The notes: generated by a model from the letters alone, not told the origin. A stretch of 64,000 nucleotides of DNA from an uncultured Verrucomicrobiae bacterium (GCA_963820205.1 CAWFZJ010000016.1:4493-68492); one strand, 5' to 3'. Positions 1 through 9,343 are shown, numbered from the stretch's first letter. Translations and numbers: made by a program.

Positions 1-1
1 G

Positions 2-160
2 CTGCATCATCTGGTCCGGCATCTGCGCGAGCGCGGCTTTGCGTTGTTCGACATCCAGATGGTGACGCCCGCCACCAAACCGCTGGGCGCCATCGAAATC
101 CCGCGCCGCGAATACCTGCACCGCCTCTCCGCCGCGGTGAAAATGGAGTGTTCGTTCTGA
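2..160 (+). CDS. aat: leucyl/phenylalanyl-tRNA--protein transferase, C-terminal end (5' part outside window)
   Basis: Frame 2 reads LHHLVRHLRERGFALFDIQMVTPATKPLGAIEIPRREYLHRLSAAVKMECSF*. This is colinear with the C-terminus of E. coli Aat (..[31 protein letters not shown]..). No start codon lies in the window. Confidence 0.7.
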   Translation: MHHLVRHLRERGFALFDIQMVTPATKPLGAIEIPRREYLHRLSAAVKMECSF

Positions 161-247
161 CACATCGGAGCGCCAGCCTCCGGCACGGTTCGTTGCGGTT
201 TATTTCACCATCACTCGGCGTTTTGAATGGAATGAGTGTTTACGCCC

Positions 248-402
248 GCCCTCACCTTTGATCCTCTCCCCCAGGAGAGGAAATGGCTTTCGACTGTTTC
301 CGGTTTTGCGGATGAGCGTCCGGCCAATCCAGTCGCATAAATTATCAAAGGCGCGACGAACGATTCTCCCTCTCCTGGGGGAGAGGGCCGGGGCGAGGGC
401 GG
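248..402. repeat. inverted pair of GC-rich hairpin repeats (core CCTCTCC-TGG-GGGAGAGG followed by G-rich tail)
   Basis: Positions 369-402 read cctctcctgggggagagggccggggcgagggcgg. The reverse complement of 248-280 reads cctctcctgggggagaggatcaaaggtgagggc. A third copy is at 18244-18284. These repeats generate the spurious GEGRGEG-type ORFs in the ORF track. Confidence 0.7.
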
Positions 403-427
403 ATGTAATCCTTTCAACCTGGGCGCG

Positions 428-520
428 ATGATTCTGCGCGGGGAACGGCGGTTGACGCTGGCGCATGTCCGCACGCTGGCAAAACGTTTCCGCGTGTCCG
501 CCGATTTGTTCCTGCCGTAA
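428..520 (+). pseudogene. C-terminal remnant of an XRE/HigA-type helix-turn-helix protein
   Basis: A 30-codon ORF, MILRGERRLTLAHVRTLAKRFRVSADLFLP*, resembles only the last helices of XRE-family HTH antitoxins. The upstream part is replaced by the hairpin repeat. Confidence 0.3.
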
Positions 521-528
521 AAGCAGTT

Positions 529-668
529 GAAACCACGAAATACACCAAAAACACGAAAGGATAAGGCATTGCCAAGCACCGCTGGTTCACCCGCCGGGTG
601 AAGCCTGTCACCGCATAAAATGATTGGTTTCAGTTCATTTTCGTGTGCTTCGTGTGTTTCGTGGTTCA
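529..668. repeat. composite palindromic element with CACGAAA/TTCGTG-type arms
   Basis: The left arm gaaaccacgaaatacaccaaaaacacgaaagg (529-560) pairs with the right arm ttttcgtgtgcttcgtgtgtttcgtggttc (639-668). An inner hairpin, ggttcacccgccgggtgaagcc, lies between them. Confidence 0.6.
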
Positions 669-834
669 TCTCATCTGCCGGTTCCACGGATGGAATCAGG
701 CTGGCGAACACCAGCCACCAAATGTTGGGTGCAATCGGTGTTAGGGCGATTTACTCGACAGCAGTGTCTTCATTGGTTATTCTCACTCCTGTCGCTCATA
801 TGGGGCATTAACGGTCACTATCATTTATCGTGTC

Positions 835-1644
835 ATGTCTGAAACCGGCGATAAACAACAGGCAGCAAAACCAAAAGTTCGTTGGGTGCATACACTCAGC
901 GGGCTATGGAGTATTGAAACCTACGGTATTGTCGAATTTCTACGAGTCCATTCAGTATGTCGTTGGATAGTGGGCACCCTTGGTGTCGCAACTTGTGCCA
1001 TGGCGTTCGCCACTTTGGCGTTTGACGTCAAGATTCTAGGTTTTACTCTTTCATTTCTGCCATTTGTTTTCCTTGGGCCGTTGTTTTTATACCTCGCAAC
1101 CCTTTCTGGTCAACATTTTGAAGTGACGTTTCCACCCATACAAGCGGCGCAGGAGAGAGAGAAGGCGGAAAAGAAATTTGAAGCAACTAAGACGGTAGAG
1201 GATGCACTCAAATTGGACCTATCCAGATTAAACGAATATTACGTCATTAACCAAAGCCAAGCGCGATCCAGCTTTCGCTGGGCCGTTTTCTCCATGCTGC
1301 TCGGTTTTGGAACGATCATCTCAGGGATTTGGCTGTTCTATTTTCGCGGCGGTCAACCTGACACTTTCATGGCATCGCTCTCGACAGTAGCAGGCTGCGT
1401 CGTGAATTTCGTATCGGCGCTTTTTCTCTACTTGCACTCAAAAATACAGACATGTTCCCTGCACTACTACGAGCAGTTGTCTCGATTGCAGAATCTCTCG
1501 ATTGCCATTCGACTTGTTGAGTCGCATGAAGACATAAACGCACGACAGGATGCGCGTAATCTGGTCATTCGTGAACTTGTGTCAGGCGCGCAGCCATCGC
1601 TACAGAACCAAATTGTGAAGCCTCTCGCGACGATAGAGCGTTAA
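835..1644 (+). CDS. four-TM membrane protein, C-terminal half resembling SLATT / TRADD-N-associated 2TM effector domains
   Basis: This is a 269-aa ORF that is visibly AT-richer than its neighbours. It has two N-terminal TM helices, a charged helix, then LNEYYVINQSQARSSFRWAVFSMLLGFGTIISGIWLFYF...VAGCVVNFVSALFLYLHSK...YYEQLSRLQ. The family assignment rests on remembered pattern only. Confidence 0.7.
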   Translation: MSETGDKQQAAKPKVRWVHTLSGLWSIETYGIVEFLRVHSVCRWIVGTLGVATCAMAFATLAFDVKILGFTLSFLPFVFLGPLFLYLATLSGQHFEVTFPPIQAAQEREKAEKKFEATKTVEDALKLDLSRLNEYYVINQSQARSSFRWAVFSMLLGFGTIISGIWLFYFRGGQPDTFMASLSTVAGCVVNFVSALFLYLHSKIQTCSLHYYEQLSRLQNLSIAIRLVESHEDINARQDARNLVIRELVSGAQPSLQNQIVKPLATIER

Positions 1645-1648
1645 GAAT

Positions 1649-4600
1649 CTACTTCGCCATTGCCAGTTCGGCGGCAGGGGCGGTGGTTTCCACCGACGGC
1701 GCGGTTTCGCCGGTCTTGTGGAATTTCACGCTGACGATCTTGCTGATGCCGCGCTCCTCCATCGTCACGCCGTACAGCACGTCGGCCATGCCGATGGTGC
1801 GTTTGTTGTGCGTGATGACGATGAATTGCGAGTTGGTGATGAACCGCTGCAGCACCCGGACGAAACGGTTGATGTTCGATTCGTCGAGCGGCGCGTCCAG
1901 CTCGTCCAGCACGCAGAACGGACTGGGCTTGACCTGGTAAATCGAGAACAACAGCGCCACGGCGGTCATGGTCTGTTCGCCGCCGGACAGCAGCGAGATG
2001 CTTTGCAGTTGTTTGCCCGGGGGCCGCGCCATGATTTCGATGCCGCTCTCCAGCACGTCGTTTTCATCCGACAAAATCAGGTCCGCCTTGCCGCCGCCGA
2101 AGACCTCGGTGAACATCAGGCGGAAGTTTTCCCGGACCTTTTCAAACGTCTCAATGAACATCTGCCGCGTCTGCACGTTGATGCGGTTGATGACTTCCAG
2201 CAGTTGCGCCTTGGCCGAGACCAGGTCGTCGTGCTGCTTGCTGAGGAACTGGTAGCGCTGCTCGGTCTCCTCGTATTCCTCGATGGCCACGAGGTTCACC
2301 GGGCCGATTTCGTCGAGCTTCTGCTGCAACGCCTCGATCTGCTGCCCCACGGCGTTCCAATCCGTGGCCGCGCCGGCGGCGGCCATTTCTTCCGGCGTCA
2401 TCACATGCACCTTGGCCGGGCCTTCGTCGGCAAACGTGATGGTGATGCACTCGCTGCGCACGTCGTCGAGGTTGAGATGATATTTCTGCTGGATGCGCTC
2501 GCGCAGGTTCTGGACGGACATGTTTTTCTGCGCCAGTTCCACGTCCAGGGCGCCGCGCTGTTCCTGCAACTGGGTCAGCCGGCTGCGTTGTCCGCGCAAA
2601 TTTTCCTCGCGCGTGGTCACGTCGGCTTCCTGCGATTGTTTCCGCGCCAGCAATTCGGCGGTTTGCGCGTTCACCTGGTCGCGCTCGTGCTGCAAACGCC
2701 CGATTTGCGCCTGGGAATCCTGGATTTCCGATTCCGCCTGCTCCTTGCGGCTGATGAAGGACGAAACTTCGGCGCGCCGCTGCTCGACCGCCTGGGTCAG
2801 CTCGCGGATGCGTTGTTCCAGCGATTGCTGCTGCTGGCGGAACGACGCCAGCATCTGTTCCTCGGACGCGAGGGCGACCTTGCTCTCGGTGAGGGCGGCA
2901 TGGGCGGCATCGCGCTGCTGGCGCAAATTTTCCAGTTCGGCCGTGAGCGCGGCGACCTGTTCCTGGCCGGCGCGTTCGCGGGTTTCCAGTTCGTTCAACT
3001 GGACCGCCAGCGCGTTGCGTTTCTGCAAACCTTCCTGTTCCTGCGCGGCGAGGCTCTGGACTTCAAAAACGACCGTCTCGATTTTCTGGTGCAGCAGCCG
3101 GTTGGAATTTTGCAGCGCGTTGAACTCGCCTTCGCGCGTGGCGATGGCGACTTCCTGCTCGCGCAATTCCGTCTGCGCCTGCTGCAAGCTGGCCTGCAAC
3201 TCCGTCTGCTCGCCCAACAGCGCGCCGCGTTTGCGGCTCATGTCGGCGACGCGGAGCTGGACTTCCGTCAGCTCGCCGTGCAGTTCGGAGATCTGGTTTT
3301 TGCGGCCGAGAATCGAGGCCGGCCCCTTGGGATTGCCGTTGCCGTTCAGATAACCGCCGGTATAGACACCGTGCCGGCTCAGCAAATCGCCGGTCAACGT
3401 GACGAAATCGCAGCCCGCGTGGCCGTTCTGGACCTGGGCCGTGGCGGTGGCGAGGTCGGACGCGATGAACGTGCGGGCCAGCAACGCCTTCAGAAGTTTT
3501 TCCACCGACGGCTCGGCCTGGACCACGGTCAGGGCGTGGATGATCTGGCCTTTTTGCAGGCCGTTTTGAACCACGTCGAGGCCGCCGCCCGGCGCCATTT
3601 CGCCTTCAAACGCAAGCTGTTTGGAATCGTAGGGCATCGCCAGGGCCGCGACGCTGGCGCGGCCGGATTTGTTCGTGGTGAGGTCGGCGATGATTTCCTG
3701 CGCGGATTCCGGCTCGCTCGGTCAGAACGATCTGCAAATGGTGGCCGAGCGCGTTTTCAATGGCGACGACGTACTGGTCGGGAACGCGGATGCGGTCGGC
3801 GAGCGAGCCGATGACGGTGCGCGACTGGCGCAAGGCGGCCTGGGTGCCCGCGCTGAAACCTTCGTGCGAACCTTCGAGCTGTTCGAGCACGTTCAGGCGC
3901 GAACGTTTCTCGGCCTGCGCCTGCAAAAATTGGTCCTGCTCGGCGGACGATTCCTGCAACTCCACCTGCAGTTCGCGCAACCGGTTTTGCCGCTGCTCGA
4001 CCGAGCCGCGCTTGGTCTGCGCATTCAGCTTTTCCACCTCGACGCTCGCGGTGAATTCGTGCAGGCGCGCCTCCAGCCGGGTGCGTTCCTCCTCCAGTTG
4101 CAATTTTTCGGCGGAAAGCTTTTCGAGCCGGATGCTGTTGCCCTGCTTTTGCAAATCGAGCGCGGTGATTTCGTTGCGGATGCGCGATAGATCCTGCGCC
4201 GCGGTGAACGCATCGGCCTGCGCCTGGCGCAATGACTCCTGCCGCTGGCGCAAATCGTCCTCGACCGTGTTCAACGCCCACTGTTTCTGCTCCAGCGCCA
4301 CGCGATGTTGCAGGAGCGCGCTTTCCGAGGCGGCCAGCCGCTCCGTCACCGCCTGCAATTCGGCGGACGCGGCGTGGCAGCGTTCCTCGGCCTGGGTGAT
4401 GTCCGCCAGCGCCTTGGTGTTTTGCGACGCGAGTTCGCGCAGGCGTTCCTCGTTGAATTGAATCCGGCTTTCGTGCCGGTCGGCTTCGCCCTTCAATTCC
4501 AGGCTGCGCTGCTGCTGGGCGGCCACTTCGTGTTCGAGTTCGGAAAGCCGTTCGCGCAACTGCTTGATTTCGTCCTCGCACCGCAGAACGTTCGGCGGAA

Positions 4601-5390
4601 CCCGTTGCAATTTCATCGCGCAACCGTTCGGCGGTGGCCTGCTTCTCGGTGATCTCGGCCGCAGCACGTCGAATTGATGGCGCGCGAGCTGGGTGTCGAG
4701 GTGCTGGAGTTCCTGGGAAATTTGTTTGTAGCGGCGCGCCTTGCCGGCCTGGCGCTGGAGCGACCCGATCTGCCGCTTCACTTCGCGGATGAGATCGGCG
4801 ATGCGCAAAAGATTCTGGTCGGTGTATTCCAGTTTGCGGAGCGATTCCTTTTTCTGGCTCTTGTATTTCGTGATGCCGGCGGCTTCCTCGAAAATCATCC
4901 GGCGGTCTTCGGGTTTGCTGGAAAGAATCTGCGTGATGTGGCCCTGCGCCAGGATGCTGTAGCTGGTGCGGCCCACGCCCGTGCCCATGAACAGTTGCTG
5001 GATGTCCTTGAGCCGGCACGCGGTGCGGTTGATGAAATACTCGCTGTTGCCGTCGCGGAAAATCCGGCGCGTGATGGTGACCTCGTTGTAAGCCATCTCG
5101 ACGCCCGCCGCGCGCAGGTGGTCCTGGTCCATGTCGCCCAGCGTGAGCGACACCTCGGCCATGCCCATCGGTTTGCGTCCGTCGGTGCCGTTGAAAATGA
5201 CGTCGGCCATTTCGCCGCCGCGCAAAGCCTTGGCGGATTGCTCGCCCAGCACCCAGCGGATGGCATCGGAAACATTGGATTTGCCGCAGCCGTTGGGGCC
5301 GACAATGGCAGTCACGCCGGGCTGAAAATTCAGCGAAGTTTTGTCCGCAAAGGACTTAAACCCCAAAAGCGTTAAATTTTTGAGATACAT
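1649..5390 (-). CDS. smc: chromosome segregation protein SMC, reading frame interrupted (ORFs 3606..5390 and 1649..3637)
   Basis: The N-terminus reads MYLKNLTLLGFKSFADKTSLNFQPGVTAIVGPNGCGKSNVSDAIRWVLGEQSAKALRG (Walker A). The coiled coils, hinge, signature motif LSGGEQTMTAVALLF and Walker B CVLDELDAPLD lie in the second ORF. The frame switches near 3713-3722, and a locally out-of-frame stretch lies at about 4578-4662. Confidence 0.9.
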
Positions 5391-5761
5391 GACTTATGAC
5401 TTTCGTTAAAAAAACCAAAATTGCCGGTTAATGTAAAGCAAAAAACCACAATATAAAGCACACTACGACCCTTGTGGCACAACTAATTGGTGAGGAACCA
5501 TGGTTTGATTTGTGCCAACAACCGCTATTTTTTAAACTGCTAAAACTACCTTGCTCTTATACGACTGGAAGGCGATTTCGTCAACTGGTTTTGCGCAAAA
5601 AATTAGCAGCAGTGTCTGTTTTGCCGGAGCGCGGATTGTCCTCAATCCGCAGCGGCTGGATCGGACGTAAATGCTGCGAGTTGGGACAACTCGCGCTCCA
5701 AAAAATCAGTTGACATGATTTGAGGCTTAGACCAGCTTATCCGCATCCGTTGATACAACGG

Positions 5762-5876
5762 TCTCATGCAGAGTGGCTGAGGGACTGGCCCGATGACGCC
5801 ACGGCAACCGGCCCCGAATTCGTTCGGGGCGACAGGTGCCAAATCCAGCCCCGGCGGGTGTCGGGGGAAAATGAGA
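5762..5876 (+). promoter_or_regulatory. SAM-I (S-box) riboswitch aptamer
   Basis: The sequence is tctcatgcagagtggctgagggactggcccgatgacgccacggcaaccggcccc..ggggcgacaggtgccaaatccagcc..gaaaatgaga. It carries the S-box signatures GAGGGA-UGGCCC-AUGA-GCC-CGGCAACC and GGUGCCAAAUCC, closed by P1 tctcat/atgaga. Confidence 0.9.
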
Positions 5877-5896
5877 AGAGCGCACGAATTTTTTTC

Positions 5897-5929
5897 AGCC
5901 CCTTCTCGTCATGAGTCGGGGCTTTTTGT
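5897..5929 (+). terminator. intrinsic terminator / expression platform of the SAM riboswitch
   Basis: The stem agcccc..(loop)..ggggct is followed by tttttgttt. The loop segment cttctcgtcat can alternatively pair with the 3' P1 strand atgagaag, giving an antiterminator logic. Confidence 0.7.
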
Positions 5930-6041
5930 TTGCATGAACAAATCGTGCCTGCGTCGTGGCGAAGTCCTCGTGCTCGAAATCGAGAAATGAAAAGCCGAGG
6001 ACGAGGCAGGAGCACGCGCCGACCGAATGAATTGAAATTTT

Positions 6042-7298
6042 ATGAGTGAACATCACGGTTTCATGAAGGCGCTCAAGTGCCGCGAGTGCGGGCGGGAATA
6101 TCCGCTCACCGCCACGCACGTGTGCGAGTTCGACTTCGGCCCGCTCGAAGTGGTTTATGATTACGACCGCATCAAGAAGTCGCTGACCCGGGCGGCGATT
6201 CAATCGCGCCCGCATTCCATGTGGCGTTACCGCGAGTTGCTGCCGGTGGCGAACGACCCGACGGTCGGTCTGCAGGTCGGTTTCACGCCGCTCGTGAAGG
6301 CGGACCGGCTCGCCAAAAAACTCGGCATCCGCGAATTGTGGATCAAGAACGACACGGTCAATTATCCCACACTGTCATTCAAGGACCGCGTCGTGAGCGT
6401 GGCGTTGAGCCGGGCGCGCGAACTGGGCTTCGACACCGTCGCCTGCGCCTCGACCGGCAACCTGGCCAATTCCGTCGCCGCCAACGCCGCGTCCGCCGGA
6501 TTGAAATCCTACGTGTTCATCCCGTCGGATTTGGAGCAGGGCAAGATCATCAACTCGCTCGTCTATGGCGCGAACGTCATCGGCATCAAGGGCCATTACG
6601 ACGAGGTGAACCGCCTGTGCGCCGAGATCGCGGGCAAGTTCGGCTGGGCGTTCGTGAACGTGAACATGCGGCCGTATTACGCCGAAGGCTCCAAGAGCAT
6701 GGCGTATGAAATCGCCGAGCAACTCGGCTGGCGGCTGCCGCGGCACACGGTCGTGCCGATGGCGTCCGGCTCGTTGCTGACGAAAATCCAGAAAGGCTAC
6801 CAGGAATTCGTGAAGCTCGGCCTTGTTGCGGAAAGCGAGACGTCCATTCACGGCGCGCAGGCGACGGGTTGCTCGCCCATTTCCACCGCGCAAAAGGCGG
6901 GCCTGGATTTTTTCCGGCCGGTCAAGCCGGACACGATTGCCAAATCGCTCGCCATCGGCACGCCGGCGGATGGTTTCTACGCGCTCAAGGTGATGAAGGA
7001 CACCGGCGCGGCGGCGGACGACGTGACCGACGATGAAATCCGCGACGCCATCAAATTGCTGGCGGAGACGGAGGGCATTTTTGCCGAGACGGCGGGCGGC
7101 GTGACCGTGGGCGTGGCGCAGAAACTCATTGCGTCGGGCAAAATTCCGCGAAATGATTCCGCCGTGCTGTGCGTCACCGGCAACGGCTTGAAGACGCTCG
7201 ACGCCGTGGCCGGCCACGTGGGCAAGCCGCGCGAAATCAAGCCGAGCCTGCGCGAGTTCGAGGCCCTGCTGGCGCATGAGGAAAAAGTGAATGCGTGA
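6042..7298 (+). CDS. thrC: threonine synthase-family PLP enzyme with N-terminal zinc ribbon
   Basis: This is a 418-aa ORF. It has CRECG..C at the N-terminus and the PLP-lysine motif YPTLSFKDRVVSVAL, followed by ACASTGNLANSVAANAASAGL. It is colinear with the ThrC family and sits under SAM-riboswitch control. Confidence 0.9.
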   Translation: MSEHHGFMKALKCRECGREYPLTATHVCEFDFGPLEVVYDYDRIKKSLTRAAIQSRPHSMWRYRELLPVANDPTVGLQVGFTPLVKADRLAKKLGIRELWIKNDTVNYPTLSFKDRVVSVALSRARELGFDTVACASTGNLANSVAANAASAGLKSYVFIPSDLEQGKIINSLVYGANVIGIKGHYDEVNRLCAEIAGKFGWAFVNVNMRPYYAEGSKSMAYEIAEQLGWRLPRHTVVPMASGSLLTKIQKGYQEFVKLGLVAESETSIHGAQATGCSPISTAQKAGLDFFRPVKPDTIAKSLAIGTPADGFYALKVMKDTGAAADDVTDDEIRDAIKLLAETEGIFAETAGGVTVGVAQKLIASGKIPRNDSAVLCVTGNGLKTLDAVAGHVGKPREIKPSLREFEALLAHEEKVNA

Positions 7299-7340
7299 AC
7301 CCGCTTCACATCGCGCTTCGTCTGTGTTAGCGTAAAAATC

Positions 7341-7661
7341 GTGAAGACGATTCCTCAAGGCCTTTTGGAAAAAGCCGTTGAACGGTTGAAAGCCGAGTTT
7401 CAGCCGGAGGAAATATATTTGTTCGGATCTCACGCTTGGGGCACACCGACGGACGACAGCGACGTGGACTTGATGGTTATCGTTCATGACAGCAAAGAGC
7501 GTCCGATTTGCCGGATGCAGCGGGCCCACCGCTGTCTGCGCGGGATGGGGTTTGCCAAAGATGTGCTTGTTCCCACCCGCGCCCAGGTTGACCGCTACAA
7601 ACATCTGCGGGCTTCCTTGTTTCACCAAGTCCTCGCAAAAGGCCGCAAACTTTATGGATGA
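7341..7661 (+). CDS. nucleotidyltransferase-domain protein (MNT-type antitoxin)
   Basis: It starts at GTG. The minimal NTase motif is IYLFGSHAWGTPTDDSDVDLMVIV. It overlaps the following HEPN gene by 8 nt. Confidence 0.85.
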   Translation: MKTIPQGLLEKAVERLKAEFQPEEIYLFGSHAWGTPTDDSDVDLMVIVHDSKERPICRMQRAHRCLRGMGFAKDVLVPTRAQVDRYKHLRASLFHQVLAKGRKLYG

Positions 7662-8067
7662 GGCAGCGACAGAACTCGTGCGCGAATGGCTCAAACGTGC
7701 CGACCACGATTTGCGTTCTGCGCGGTTGCTGTCGTCATCGGAAGACCCGCTGCTGGACACGGCAATTTACCATTGCCAGCAAGCGGCTGAAAAATCTCTT
7801 AAAGCGTGGTTGCAATTCAAAGATGATCCATTCTCCAAAACCCACGACATCGAAGACTTGGTGGAACGGGCTTCGGACCTCAATCCTGATTTTGGAAAAC
7901 TTGCCAAAGCCGCGTCTGTGCTGACGCCCTATGTTTCCGCATTTCGGTATCCCGGTGGCTTTGGTGAATCCATGCCGACGCGCGAAGAATTTGATGCGGC
8001 GTTGCAACACGCTCAGGTCATTTACGATTTTGTGTTGCATCTGCTTCCAAAGGCGGCCAAGCCATGA
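7654..8067 (+). CDS. HEPN-domain protein (toxin partner of MNT)
   Basis: The 137-aa ORF begins at an internal ATG of ORF 7486..8067. The sequence MDEAATELVREWLKRADHDLRSARLL...YHCQQAAEKSLKAWL...AFRYPG is typical of HEPN proteins paired with minimal NTases. Confidence 0.85.
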   Translation: MDEAATELVREWLKRADHDLRSARLLSSSEDPLLDTAIYHCQQAAEKSLKAWLQFKDDPFSKTHDIEDLVERASDLNPDFGKLAKAASVLTPYVSAFRYPGGFGESMPTREEFDAALQHAQVIYDFVLHLLPKAAKP

Positions 8068-8075
8068 ACACATTT

Positions 8076-8174
8076 GACGCCGTGGACGGCCACGTGGGCA
8101 AGCCACACGAAATCAAGCCCAGCCTGCGCGAGTTCGAAGCGCTGCTGGCGCATGAAGAAAAAGTGAATGTGTAA
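8076..8174 (+). pseudogene. duplicated 3' end of the thrC-family gene (99 bp, no 5' part)
   Basis: It is identical at 90 of 99 positions to 7200-7298. It encodes DAVDGHVGKPHEIKPSLREFEALLAHEEKVNV*, against DAVAGHVGKPREIKPSLREFEALLAHEEKVNA* in the intact gene. Confidence 0.9.
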
Positions 8175-8214
8175 AATGTTTGCGTTGTTGCGCCCGTTTT
8201 AAGAAATTGAATTT

Positions 8215-8937
8215 ATGGTCATCAGTCTGGCATGTCCAAGTTGTGGCAAACAAGCCACGGAATACGATGAAAATAAATGGTCATGCCTCCATTGCGGCAA
8301 CAAATTTGTTTTTGTTCCCCCAACTTCACCACAAACCAATAATTATGTGCAGAACACGGTTAATGTAGTTGGGCAACCAACTTATGAACTAGATGTTCAA
8401 CGAGCAAAACCCGCGAAGCCTATAATTAAAACTCAATACGAACACAATCCAGAAGCGTTTTCATATCCTCCAGAACTCTTTTTAGGCGTTGAAGAAATTG
8501 ACATCGGACATCTCGGCTATGGCACACAAAATTTACAAAAAGCAGTTGAGCGAAACCATAACAGCAAAATTATTTGGACTTTTTGGAGTATTTTATTTGG
8601 AATTTTAACTTTTTTCGGACTAACAGCAGGTTCTTGGCTTCTTATTTGTATTTTTCCTGCCGCTATCAGCGTAATTAACTTGTGCATTCGTTTTCGAGAT
8701 ACCAAAAAAATTAATTTGCTGCTTAAAAAAACCGAAATGAAGCGGCAAGGATTTGAACAACAAAAAATAGATTTCGAAGCTAGAAAAAACGAAAAGATTA
8801 CTGTCGGCTATCAACCTATTTGTCCTTTTTGTTCGGCAGAAGTTAATGATATTTCTACAGGATTAACGCATTGTCATAAGTGCGGCAAACAATTTCATTA
8901 TTCAAATGAGCGTTCGTATCCAATCAAGTTAAAATGA
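8215..8937 (+). CDS. hypothetical membrane protein with N- and C-terminal zinc ribbons
   Basis: This 240-aa ORF is conspicuously AT-rich. It has CPSCG..(13)..CLHCG at the N-terminus and two adjacent TM helices (IIWTFWSILFGILTFFGL / WLLICIFPAAISVINLCI). A CPFC..(14)..CHKCG motif lies at the C-terminus. Confidence 0.75.
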   Translation: MVISLACPSCGKQATEYDENKWSCLHCGNKFVFVPPTSPQTNNYVQNTVNVVGQPTYELDVQRAKPAKPIIKTQYEHNPEAFSYPPELFLGVEEIDIGHLGYGTQNLQKAVERNHNSKIIWTFWSILFGILTFFGLTAGSWLLICIFPAAISVINLCIRFRDTKKINLLLKKTEMKRQGFEQQKIDFEARKNEKITVGYQPICPFCSAEVNDISTGLTHCHKCGKQFHYSNERSYPIKLK

Positions 8938-8964
8938 TTGTATAGAAAAATTAAAATTTAATTT

Positions 8965-9054
8965 ATGCCAAAAAAAGTCCGCATCCCCACGCCGCTCCGC
9001 AAGTTGACCAACAACGAGGAGCGAATCGCCGTCAACGCCGCCATTTGCCTTTGA
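8965..9054 (+). pseudogene. duplicated 5' end of the CysO/MoaD-type carrier gene
   Basis: It reads MPKKVRIPTPLRKLTNNEERIAVNAAICL*. Region 8947-9043 matches 10016-10112 at 90 of 97 positions, including the AT-rich leader. Confidence 0.85.
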
Positions 9055-9079
9055 GCCGGATTGCCAGTAGAATTCTCGT

Positions 9080-9343
9080 ATGAAAACATTGACCGTGCAG
9101 GAAGCCAGCCAAAATCTGGGCGAGTTGGTGCATTGCGCCGCCGACGGTGAGGAAATCACCATTCACGATGGAGCCTGCACGGTTTTGCTCCAGCCGGTTG
9201 CCGCTCCGGTCAGCAAACACCTCAAAGGACGCGAAGCCCTGCGGCAATTGCAATCGCAATCGCGGCTCACGACGGCACAGGCTGAAAGTTATTTGCGGGA
9301 AGTTCATGCCGAACGCTTGGCAGACCAGCCTTGTCCGTGTTAA
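9080..9343 (+). CDS. Phd/YefM-type antitoxin-like protein (no adjacent toxin)
   Basis: The N-terminus MKTLTVQEASQNLGELVHCAADGEEITIHDG has the Phd/YefM pattern. It is followed directly by a second antitoxin gene rather than a toxin. Confidence 0.65.
   Translation: MKTLTVQEASQNLGELVHCAADGEEITIHDGACTVLLQPVAAPVSKHLKGREALRQLQSQSRLTTAQAESYLREVHAERLADQPCPC

Noticed and set aside
200-711. Three overlapping minus-strand ORFs (88, 166 and 65 aa) and two plus-strand ORFs at 620-842.
   Set aside because: They are built from the hairpin repeats (peptides such as SPLPGEGESF and FRVFRG) and show no coding signal outside the repeats.
1718-3814. A 698-aa ORF on the plus strand, with several shorter ones at 1968-3353.
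   Set aside because: They lie entirely antisense to smc. They have Arg/Ala/Gly/Leu-rich low-complexity composition typical of shadow ORFs in high-GC DNA, and no recognisable motif.
5710-5745. A TTGACA hexamer at 5710-5715 as the -35 box of the riboswitch promoter.
   Set aside because: No convincing -10 hexamer lies at 16-18 nt spacing, and promoter consensus for this lineage is uncertain.
6375-7760. A 461-aa ORF on the minus strand.
   Set aside because: It is antisense to the thrC-family gene and the MNT gene. It has Arg-rich composition and no motif, while the plus-strand genes have clear family signatures.
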